A stretch of DNA of 32,000 bases. It comes from Faecalibaculum rodentium (GTDB lineage Bacteria > Bacillota_I > Bacilli_A > Erysipelotrichales > Erysipelotrichaceae). The notes beneath the pieces were generated by a model that was not told the DNA's origin, did not search any database, and was given only the letters and a program-made list of their open reading frames with translations. Numbering within the stretch: the stretch's first letter is position 1; each line of letters opens with the position of its first letter. The stretch covers positions 300,001 through 332,000 of the forward strand of contig NZ_CP011391.1 in assembly GCF_001564455.1 (NCBI RefSeq), read 5' to 3'. This document shows positions 25,162 to 32,000 of this stretch, piece after piece. Both the position numbers and the translations under genes were made by a program.

Positions 25162-25992
25162 TCAAAGAACGTCCGGCGTTTCAGACAGACCGCTCTGCGG
25201 CCTGTCTGAATGGCCGGAATGGCCGGATGCTTCCTTCACGATGTATTCCGTGCTGCCTTCCACCATCACCGGCACGATCCGCGCACCGAAGATCTCCTGC
25301 GGAATGGCTGATGCCAGCAGCTGCTCCGGCGTGCCGCCAAACCGGATCTGCCCTTTTTCCATCACCAGGATCCGGTCCGCCAGCTTCAGCGCCGTATTCA
25401 GGTCATGCACCACGGCAATGACTCCATGGCCTTCCCTGGCAAGGGACCGCATGGTCATCTCCAGGTGCTTCTGACTGGGCAGGTCCAGAAAGGTGGCAGG
25501 TTCATCGAAGAACATCATCTCCGGGTCCTGGTTGAGCAGCATCGCCAGATAGGCTTTCTGCCGCTGTCCGCCGGACAGTTCGGCAACGGAGCAGTCTGCC
25601 AGATCCATGATTCCCGCCCGCTCCAGAGCCCGGTCGGCCAGGACTTTGTCATCATCGGCATAGGTTCGCGGCCAGGGAACCTGCGAAAACCGCCCATGCA
25701 TGACCAGACGCCGTACACTCAGGGATGGAACCGGGTGTTCCTGGGACAGCAGTCCGGCAGTGACAGCGCGCTCTTTCACGGGAATCGACTGCAGGTCCCG
25801 GCCATTCCACCGCACCTTTCCCTCCATTGGCCTCACCAGTCCCATGCACAAGGCGGCGAGGGTGGACTTGCCGGAGCCGTTGGGGCCAATGATCACCGTG
25901 AGTTCCCCCGACTGGAAGGCGGCGGTGATGTCATGGAGTACCGGTTTGTCACTATACCCTGCTGTCACGTGGTGCAGCTCAATCATGTCCAT
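25162..25992 (-). CDS. ABC transporter ATP-binding protein (FepC/BtuD-type)
   Basis: Walker A 'GPNGSGKST', signature 'LSGGQRQ' and Walker B 'MMFFDEP'. Overlaps the permease stop. Has a non-conserved C-terminal tail with 'SGHSGHS'. Confidence 0.9.
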   Translation of the reverse strand: MDMIELHHVTAGYSDKPVLHDITAAFQSGELTVIIGPNGSGKSTLAALCMGLVRPMEGKVRWNGRDLQSIPVKERAVTAGLLSQEHPVPSLSVRRLVMHGRFSQVPWPRTYADDDKVLADRALERAGIMDLADCSVAELSGGQRQKAYLAMLLNQDPEMMFFDEPATFLDLPSQKHLEMTMRSLAREGHGVIAVVHDLNTALKLADRILVMEKGQIRFGGTPEQLLASAIPQEIFGARIVPVMVEGSTEYIVKEASGHSGHSDRPQSGLSETPDVL

Positions 25993-26935
25993 GTCCTTTT
26001 CCCTTCAAGAGCAGACACAGGAAGTAAGGGCCGCCTGCGAGGGTCAGCAGGATCCCGGCAGGAATCTCGTAGGGAGCCGCCACAGTTCTTGCCAGAAGGT
26101 CCGCCAGAAGGAGAAACGCCGGTCCCAGCAGCAGGCAGGACACCAGCTGTTTCATCAGCGGGCCGGGGGACAGACGGCGGACCATATGGGGAACGATCAG
26201 ACCAACAAACCCGATCATGCCGGTAAAGGAAATCACCGAACCGGCCAGCAGGGAGGCCAGGGCAAGGAACCCCAGCATCCAGCGGTTCACATCCAGTCCG
26301 GCGCACTGGGCATCGTGCTGTCCGAGCTGCATGAGCTCCAGCTGCCGGGCGCAGAGCAGCGTGAAGACAATGGCGCCGACGATGCACAGGGCAGGGAAGA
26401 GGAGGCGGTTGAGGGTGATGCCGGCCAGTGAGCCGATGCGGAAATCCGTATAGCCGGTCAGGGAATCCGGTGCCAGAGTCAGGATCAGGTCAATGCACGC
26501 CGAGAAGATCTGCGAAACCGCCAGACCTGCCAGAACAATGGTGCTCCGGCTTGCACGGATCTTTTTCGCCAGCAGCATGACGAAGAGCGAGGCCAGAAAC
26601 GCCCCCAGGAAGGAGGCGGGCATGCGCAGGCCGAATGCGGCGGGGAACAGCGCGGCAGAAAGCACTGTCATGAGACCGGCTCCGGACTGAATGCCCAGGA
26701 TGTTGGGGCTTGCCAGTGGGTTGGCCAGGACAGTCTGCAGGATCATGCCTGCGACTGCCAGACCGCTGCCGGCGAGCAGGCATCCCAGCATGCGGGGGAG
26801 CCGGACGTGGAGGAACACAGGCAGGGTCAGCTGCGATGTGGAGCCGATGGCCAGGGCCAGGATCATGAGCATGATGAGCAGTCCGGCCTGCCACCAGAGT
26901 CTGCGCTCAGTCTTTCTTCGCTGCCGGCTCTCCAT
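25979..26935 (-). CDS. FecCD-family ABC permease (iron-chelate/cobalamin type)
   Basis: Multi-pass hydrophobic protein with the typical FecCD C-terminal 'P.GI....G.P.F..LL'. Start set at the ATG at 26935 ('MESRQRRKTERRLWW...'), which is uncertain by about 25 nt. Confidence 0.8.
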   Translation of the reverse strand: MESRQRRKTERRLWWQAGLLIMLMILALAIGSTSQLTLPVFLHVRLPRMLGCLLAGSGLAVAGMILQTVLANPLASPNILGIQSGAGLMTVLSAALFPAAFGLRMPASFLGAFLASLFVMLLAKKIRASRSTIVLAGLAVSQIFSACIDLILTLAPDSLTGYTDFRIGSLAGITLNRLLFPALCIVGAIVFTLLCARQLELMQLGQHDAQCAGLDVNRWMLGFLALASLLAGSVISFTGMIGFVGLIVPHMVRRLSPGPLMKQLVSCLLLGPAFLLLADLLARTVAAPYEIPAGILLTLAGGPYFLCLLLKGKGHGHD

Positions 26936-27905
26936 ACAGCAGTTCCGTGAGTTCATCATAAGCCTGTGCCCAGCGCGCATTGGGCTTCAGGTTGTACAGA
27001 GAGGGATCCATGACATGCACGCGGTCTTCCTGCACAGCCTTCAGGGACTGCCATGCGGGATCCGAGAGCCAGCTCTCCATCTGTGCCCGGGCTGCGGTGT
27101 CATCCCCGGATTTTCCCTGGTACACGATGAAGATCTCCTCGGGGTCCGCCGCCATGATGCCTTCCATGGAGAGATTCTCCAGCAGGGACTCCTGACTGTC
27201 CGCCACATTGACGGTATGCAGCGATGCCAGCATTTCTCCCAGGACGGTCCCCTTCGACCCCTTGGCTTTTACGGATTTGGAACTGGCCCGGAGGTACAGT
27301 ACCGTGCGGGCCGGTTTCGTTTCGGCCAGTCGGATGTCGGCGTCGATCTGCGCCTGCTGGTCCAGTCCACAGGTCTGGTAGGCTTCGTCATCCCCCGTCA
27401 GCTGCGTGCAGATGTCCAGCATCCGCAGGTAGTCATCGAAGTCCGAGACCTCGAAATACGCCACGGGGATCCCCTGGTTCTCCAGCACCGGCTCAAGCTC
27501 CTTGTCGGCTTCGGTTTTCAGGCTCGCCAGCACGAAATCCGGTTCAGTCGCCAGCAGGACCTCGGTATTGGGGGATTTCACCGCCCCCAGGTCCTGTACG
27601 GAGTCCGGCAGATCCAGGTCAAATGATGTCCAGGCGTCGCCCGCCGCTGCCACCAGCGTGTCAGATCCCCCGGCTGAGCACCAGATATCCGCAAAACTGC
27701 CAATGAGCGCCGCCACGCGGTCCGGCTGTTTGTCCAGAGTGATGGTCCGACCGGCGTCATCCGTGAAGGAAATGGATTCTGCCGGTTCTGTGACGGCATT
27801 TTCCGCCTCTTTTGCGGCCTTGTCAGCCTCCTGCGAAACCCGGCTGCAGCCGGTCAGGGCCAGTCCGGCTGCGAGAACTGTGGAAAGAATTGTCTTGCGT
27901 TTCAT
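26907..27905 (-). CDS. ABC transporter substrate-binding lipoprotein (BtuF/FhuD/TroA-like periplasmic binding protein)
   Basis: Lipoprotein signal 'MKRKTILSTVLAAGLALTGC' and 'PDRVAAL ... EVLLATEPDFVLAS', typical of PF01497-type binders. ATG at 27905. Confidence 0.85.
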   Translation of the reverse strand: MKRKTILSTVLAAGLALTGCSRVSQEADKAAKEAENAVTEPAESISFTDDAGRTITLDKQPDRVAALIGSFADIWCSAGGSDTLVAAAGDAWTSFDLDLPDSVQDLGAVKSPNTEVLLATEPDFVLASLKTEADKELEPVLENQGIPVAYFEVSDFDDYLRMLDICTQLTGDDEAYQTCGLDQQAQIDADIRLAETKPARTVLYLRASSKSVKAKGSKGTVLGEMLASLHTVNVADSQESLLENLSMEGIMAADPEEIFIVYQGKSGDDTAARAQMESWLSDPAWQSLKAVQEDRVHVMDPSLYNLKPNARWAQAYDELTELLYGEPAAKKD

Positions 27906-28054
27906 GGTTACAATTATATCAAAGCCTCGCTGAAGGCGCGCCGACATGCATTCGGACTCCCGAAATGCCTCTTCTTTGTGTCCTGACCGCATAAGGTCTA
28001 TTGTGATGGTTGCCTGCCGGGTCAGCCATTGGTCCTGGTGAAAGGAGAGACATC

Positions 28055-28480
28055 ATGAAGAAAATGATCAATACTGCCTTTGTGTACATGATCCTGGGAC
28101 TGGTTGCCGGGGTATTTTACCGTGAATTCACAAAGTTCATGGGATTTGAAGGACTTACCACCCTGCGCGCCATGCACCCGCATCTGCTGGCACTGGGCAT
28201 GGGAATGTTTCTGATCCTGGCGCTGTTTGTCCGGGTGCTTCCTGCTTTGCCGTCTGAAAAGACTTTCCGCTGGTTCTATATTCTCTACAACGCCGGTCTT
28301 GTCGTGACGGTGGTCCTGTTTGCTGTCAGGGGCATATTCCAGGTCAATGGGACCTTGCTTTCCGCCGGGGCATCTGCCGCCATCTCCGGTATCGCCGGAA
28401 TCGGCCACATGCTGCTGGGAATCGGCCTGTTCTGTCTGTTTATCGCACTGAAAAAAGCCGCGGGCAAAGCGGAAGCCTGA
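28055..28480 (+). CDS. DUF2871-like small integral membrane protein
   Basis: 'FVYMILGLVAGVFYREFTKF ... HPHLLALGM' with four hydrophobic helices. AAAGGAG RBS at 28041-28047. Confidence 0.6.
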   Translation: MKKMINTAFVYMILGLVAGVFYREFTKFMGFEGLTTLRAMHPHLLALGMGMFLILALFVRVLPALPSEKTFRWFYILYNAGLVVTVVLFAVRGIFQVNGTLLSAGASAAISGIAGIGHMLLGIGLFCLFIALKKAAGKAEA

Positions 28481-28561
28481 AGGCATCTGTAAAGACAGAC
28501 AGTCCTGGATGATGAAGCCGGGGCATTCAGAGCAGGAAGCCATCGCCCAGCCATCTGCAGG

Positions 28562-28603
28562 AAAAAAGGGAAGACCTCATGTCCGGGGTCTTCCCTTTGT
28601 TTT
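28562..28603. terminator. Bidirectional terminator between convergent genes
   Basis: GGGAAGACC (28568-28576) pairs with GGTCTTCCC (28587-28595), flanked by A6 and TTTGTTTT. Confidence 0.65.
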
Positions 28604-28658
28604 ACATATTGTCTTCCGGCTTCTGCCGCGTGCTTCTGTCTTTATCCAGGCAGAGAGC

Positions 28659-30212
28659 TTACTTCACCCAGTCAGCGGCAAATTCCGTCAGTTTTTCCGG
28701 CGACACCCACTGATCCCAGGTCAGTCCGGTATCCTTCACCGTCTGACCCAGCATCACAAAGAAGGTGGGGATGTCGCTGATGGCCACAGCCCCAAGCTCC
28801 GTGCCGAGCCGTTCGTTGTCCAGCAGATCCGAGCCGTTGACATACAGCAGGAAAGCCGGCACCGGTTTTTTGTCCACCATCTTGATGCCGCCGCGCAGGC
28901 CGATCACACCCGCCTGGTGAGAAGCGCAGGAAGACGGACAGCCGGAGATGTGCAGCTGGGGCAGCCAGGGATCCACACCGGCATCCTTGACAGCCTCGCG
29001 GATGTCCCGCAGCATCTGCTGGGAATCCCGGAGACCCACCTGGCAGATGGATGCACCGATGCACGCCTCGGAGGCATCAAAGGCATTCTGTGCCGCATCG
29101 TCCGCAATGATGTCCATGATCCGGTCGGCTTCGCTGCCGGTCAGGTTGATGATCCAGGCGCCCTGGTCCGGTGCAAGACGCAGTTCGGCTGCAGGGATCT
29201 CCTGAATGGCGTCGTTGACTTTGTGCAGAACATCCAGGTCGGGCTTGCCGCCCACAGCGTGCCACTGCACGGCATACAGACCCTCCTGTTTCTGGGGGAA
29301 CACCTGCCAGGACTGGCGGGGAACCGATCCGTCGCCGGTTTTGTGGGAGGCGTCATCGGCCACGTCCGGGAACCGCAGATCCTGGTCCTGAATGGCTGCG
29401 AGTTCTTCCGCAAAGGCTTTGGCGAAGGCTTCCTCGCTGCCCAGGGTCTGAACCATGAACCGGGTGCGCGCCTTGGAGCGGTTTTCGTAGTTGCCGTATT
29501 TGCGGAAGGTATTGATCATGGCCACGACATAATAGGGAATGTCACGGGGATTTACATGTTCGGCCACTTTCACGCCGAGGCGGGGGACATTGCCAAGCCC
29601 GCCGGCGGCATAGACGTCGAAGGTCCCGTCTTCACGGGCCACAAATCCCAGGTCGCGGAAAGTCGCGTGGGGTTCGTTGGCATTGCTGCCGGAGAATGCG
29701 ACCTTGAGTTTGCGGGGCATCTTCGGTCCGTCAATGAAGTGCATGAGGAACTGCGCCGTGGCTTCTGCCCAGGGCAGCACATCAAAGGCTTCCCGGGGGT
29801 CCACTCCGGCGAGGGGAGAACACATGACGTTGCGGGGATAGTCTCCACCGCCGCCATAGCAGACAATGTCCGCATCCAGGGCGTTGTCCATGATGGAATA
29901 TACCTGTTCCGGCACCAGGTCATGCAGCTGCACGGCCTGGCAGGTGGTGAAGTGCACCAGGGGCACCTTCTGTTCATCCAGGGTGCGGATCAGAAAATTC
30001 AGCTTGTCTTTCGTCAGACGGCCGGCTGTGGTCCGCAGCCGCAGCATGTGGTGCTGGCCGTCACGCTGGGCATAGCTGCCATATTTGCCGGAGAAACCCT
30101 TGTAGTCCTTTTTGGACAGCTCTCCGGCATGAAACGCTTCAGTTTTTTCCCTGAAGAGGGGAATCGTGTCCCGGAACACGGCGGGATTCAACGGAGCGAA
30201 TTTGTCATCCAT
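28659..30212 (-). CDS. Nitrite/sulfite reductase-family hemoprotein (siroheme + 4Fe-4S type)
   Basis: Duplicated NIR_SIR ferredoxin-like and 4Fe-4S halves. Cys cluster 'CIGASICQVG ... ISGCPSSCASHQ'. AAGGAGG SD (30219-30225 on -) supports the ATG at 30212; the ORF-track start at 30230 is a TTG. Confidence 0.85.
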   Translation of the reverse strand: MDDKFAPLNPAVFRDTIPLFREKTEAFHAGELSKKDYKGFSGKYGSYAQRDGQHHMLRLRTTAGRLTKDKLNFLIRTLDEQKVPLVHFTTCQAVQLHDLVPEQVYSIMDNALDADIVCYGGGGDYPRNVMCSPLAGVDPREAFDVLPWAEATAQFLMHFIDGPKMPRKLKVAFSGSNANEPHATFRDLGFVAREDGTFDVYAAGGLGNVPRLGVKVAEHVNPRDIPYYVVAMINTFRKYGNYENRSKARTRFMVQTLGSEEAFAKAFAEELAAIQDQDLRFPDVADDASHKTGDGSVPRQSWQVFPQKQEGLYAVQWHAVGGKPDLDVLHKVNDAIQEIPAAELRLAPDQGAWIINLTGSEADRIMDIIADDAAQNAFDASEACIGASICQVGLRDSQQMLRDIREAVKDAGVDPWLPQLHISGCPSSCASHQAGVIGLRGGIKMVDKKPVPAFLLYVNGSDLLDNERLGTELGAVAISDIPTFFVMLGQTVKDTGLTWDQWVSPEKLTEFAADWVK

Positions 30213-30478
30213 ATAAAGCCTCCTTGCCAACTGGCATACATCCTCATTTTAGCACCAGGCTCTGCTGCAGAGAAAAGCGACGCTGCAGGCGGAGACTGTA
30301 AGCGCAGCTCTTGTCCCGCGATTCATGCCGATGCTGTGGATCCGGTCCGGAATCCGGCACAAAGTGATGGCACAAACCGCCGGAAGCAGGATGGGAAGCG
30401 AAGGGTGGAACAGGAGCATCCCAGTCGAGTTTGCCGGGGTCATTTACTATACTGAAACCATCAAGGAGGTATCTGACC

Positions 30479-30739
30479 ATGGCAGACGAATTCAGAAAAA
30501 TGGAGAACAATATCCTCGAAAAGGAACTGCGTCACGATGAAAACAAGATCGACGCCAAGCGCGGCGACATTGCCGATCACGAAGCACAGATCGACAAGGA
30601 TAAGACGAAGTTCATGAAGGATATTCACAAGGAAGAAATCAAGCATGACGAGCGCGTGATGGCCCGCAAGGAAAACGATGCAGAGCGTCACGAAGAGAAG
30701 ATCAAGGAAAACGAACAGATCATTCACGGCATCAAGTAA
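30479..30739 (+). CDS. Small (86 aa) highly charged His/Asp/Glu/Lys-rich repeat protein, unknown function
   Basis: AAGGAGG RBS at 30463-30469, 9 nt before the ATG, and a terminator follows directly. Four loosely repeated motifs: RHDENKID, DHEAQIDK, KHDERVMA and RHEEKIKE. Confidence 0.65.
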   Translation: MADEFRKMENNILEKELRHDENKIDAKRGDIADHEAQIDKDKTKFMKDIHKEEIKHDERVMARKENDAERHEEKIKENEQIIHGIK

Positions 30740-30754
30740 ACCGGATGAAGCAGA

Positions 30755-30787
30755 CCGCAGGACCTGGATTTCAGGACTGCGGTTTTT
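30755..30787 (+). terminator. Rho-independent terminator after the small charged protein gene
   Basis: CCGCAG-GA-CCTG ... CAGG-A-CTGCGG, followed by TTTTT. Confidence 0.6.
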
Positions 30788-32000
30788 AATTTGAAAACAA
30801 TCTTGCGTTCAAAGCTGACAATTGCCAGAGCCACTAAGCATCTACTGTATTAAAAGGCATAGTACCCCCTTTCCCCCAAAAATCGCTTATAAATTCAGGC
30901 TGTTATGTATTCTCCTGTGATCGAATCATAACTGTTACCCGCATCATCTTTGATCTCAGAATCATCAAACCCTTTTGCTATCGTTTTGAGGATCTGATGC
31001 TCTGTCATCCCCATCGCCTTCAGTGTGCTGACTGTCTTATTCAGTTTCCTGGACTCCTTTTGGACTGAGAGACCTCTTGGTACAAAACAGTCATCACAGT
31101 CTTTGGGATGCCATTCCTTCATGTCCGAAAACATGTGGAAGATCGATACGATCACTTTTCGGGCGATCGCGACGATCGCTCTTTTCTTCCCCAGACGCAA
31201 ACTCAGGATCTCAAATTTACAGCGGTAATATGGATTCTTGGATCTGACAGCTGCCCATGCCACTTCAATCAGAACAGGTTTAAGGTGCTTGCCCCCCTTG
31301 GTGATGTGACGGGAATGGATCTTTCCTGCTGATTCGTCACTTCCTGGTGCCAGACCTGCCCATTTGGCTACACGTGAATCCTTCCCAAACTGATCCATCT
31401 CCGTTCCAAGCTCAGCGATGATCTTTCGGGCACTTATTTCACTGACTCCAGGTATCGTCATCAGTAAATCGATAGGCTCCTTATGATCTTCACAAGCCTC
31501 TGCTATGAGCTGGTCCAGTTTTTCTATCTCTTTCGTCAGTTCATCTATATGGTCCCGGATGATCTTCAGTTTCTCTCTCTGGAATTTATCGAATTCGAGT
31601 CCGTGGCAGGCCCGGAGGATATCTTCCTGTGAAGCTTTGCACCGCTTCGACACACATTTCAAAATATCTTCATCTGTATATGATTCTCCTGATAAGATAA
31701 GATCGATGATACGGGATGCCGATATTCCCCGGACATTGGAGAAAACCATGTCCAGTTTGTAGTTGTTGACAGTGAGACAATTGATCAGACGGTTATGGTC
31801 CGAAGCCCGCTGTTGCACATACTTTTGTCGAAGACGTGTAAGCTCTCTGAGAGTGCGGATCTGTTTGCTCGGGATATAACTGGATTTTGTCATCCCGTTT
31901 CGATACAGATCACAGATACGTGCGGCATCCTTGTTGTCATCTTTCTCGCCTTTCACCAGAGACAGCCATTTAGGGTTACAGACCCGCACTTCATCCATGG
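30788..32000 (-). mobile_element. IS110-family insertion sequence, partial; inner boundary not determinable
   Basis: Transposase gene with lower GC than the flanks. The IS end must lie in the about 107-nt gap between the terminator (30787) and the transposase stop (30895). IS110 elements lack obvious terminal inverted repeats. Confidence 0.5.
30895..31998 (-). CDS. IS110-family transposase (N-terminus cut off by the window edge)
   Basis: C-terminal Transposase_20 signature 'LMTIPGVSEISARKIIAELGTEMDQFGKDSRVAKWAGLAPGSDESAGK'. The ORF is still open at the window end, so the first M shown is internal. Confidence 0.9.
   Translation of the reverse strand: MDEVRVCNPKWLSLVKGEKDDNKDAARICDLYRNGMTKSSYIPSKQIRTLRELTRLRQKYVQQRASDHNRLINCLTVNNYKLDMVFSNVRGISASRIIDLILSGESYTDEDILKCVSKRCKASQEDILRACHGLEFDKFQREKLKIIRDHIDELTKEIEKLDQLIAEACEDHKEPIDLLMTIPGVSEISARKIIAELGTEMDQFGKDSRVAKWAGLAPGSDESAGKIHSRHITKGGKHLKPVLIEVAWAAVRSKNPYYRCKFEILSLRLGKKRAIVAIARKVIVSIFHMFSDMKEWHPKDCDDCFVPRGLSVQKESRKLNKTVSTLKAMGMTEHQILKTIAKGFDDSEIKDDAGNSYDSITGEYITA

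Noticed and set aside
25180-25228. Strong hairpin (TTCAGACAG...CTGTCTGAA with an inner CCGC/GCGG stem) and a 9-bp tandem AATGGCCGG x2 inside the 3' end of the ABC ATPase gene.
   Set aside because: Both lie within the open reading frame, in the non-conserved C-terminal tail encoding 'SGHSGHS'. No T-run follows on the coding strand, so this is not a terminator. It is likely a neutral duplication in a tail region.
27906-28054. Possible cobalamin or other riboswitch upstream of the BtuF/FecCD-type ABC importer operon.
   Set aside because: Only about 150 nt is available, and it is shared with the divergent DUF2871 gene. I could not find a B12-box-like element or the GCCACTG core on the - strand. 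An Infernal scan would be needed to exclude it formally.
126-30455. Many very long ORFs antisense to or overlapping the called genes. Examples: 126-1271 (+), 1578-2999 (-), 2812-3918 (-), 3830-5179 (-), 6154-7836 (+), 9940-10941 (+), 11018-12334 (-), 19654-21165 (-), 22346-23329 (-), 23336-24715 (-), 25405-26431 (+), 26691-27626 (+) and 28509-30455 (+).
   Set aside because: In each case the opposite-strand ORF has clear family motifs, an SD and a sensible start. The shadow ORFs are Arg/Gly/Pro/His-rich, low-complexity translations of the kind high-GC DNA produces by stop-codon depletion. None shows a recognisable motif or RBS.

Overview
High-GC (spot counts about 60-63%) Gram-positive-type chromosomal segment. 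This is supported by a type-2 GalT, a FemAB gene, a lipoprotein-type binding protein and AGGAGG-type ribosome-binding sites. Most of the window is ordinary core metabolism. It holds a galR / galT-galM-galK cluster, a TMEM175-like channel, a FemAB transferase, an fRMsr-type GAF protein, pfkA, manA, a YitT-family protein and an RpiR regulator with a GH4 6-phospho-beta-glucosidase. It also holds a FecCD/BtuCDF-type ABC importer. Siroheme genes are dispersed: a sirC-like gene, a cobA-hemD fusion and a siroheme-type sulfite/nitrite reductase. Three lower-GC patches look acquired. (1) An AAA+ (DUF4143-type) ATPase gene is bracketed by about 53-bp imperfect direct repeats (9.47-11.02 kb). (2) A 5.1-kb island (13.31-18.47 kb) is bounded by a 17-nt direct repeat. 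(3) A truncated IS110-family element lies at the right edge. The island is the best candidate for something undescribed. It encodes a stand-alone sigma-region-4/ArpU-like mini regulator and a leaderless 745-aa protein. That protein combines peptidoglycan-binding repeats, a DUF1906 (GH25-like) domain and an unrecognised C-terminal domain with a hydrophobic tail. Four tandem genes follow in an A-B-A-B pattern, each a 2-TM protein with a small soluble domain; one is interrupted at a T7 tract. I propose a cell-wall effector plus membrane partner or immunity module, but this is inference only. The many long ORFs antisense to recognised genes are treated as high-GC shadow ORFs. No rRNA, tRNA or CRISPR array was seen.
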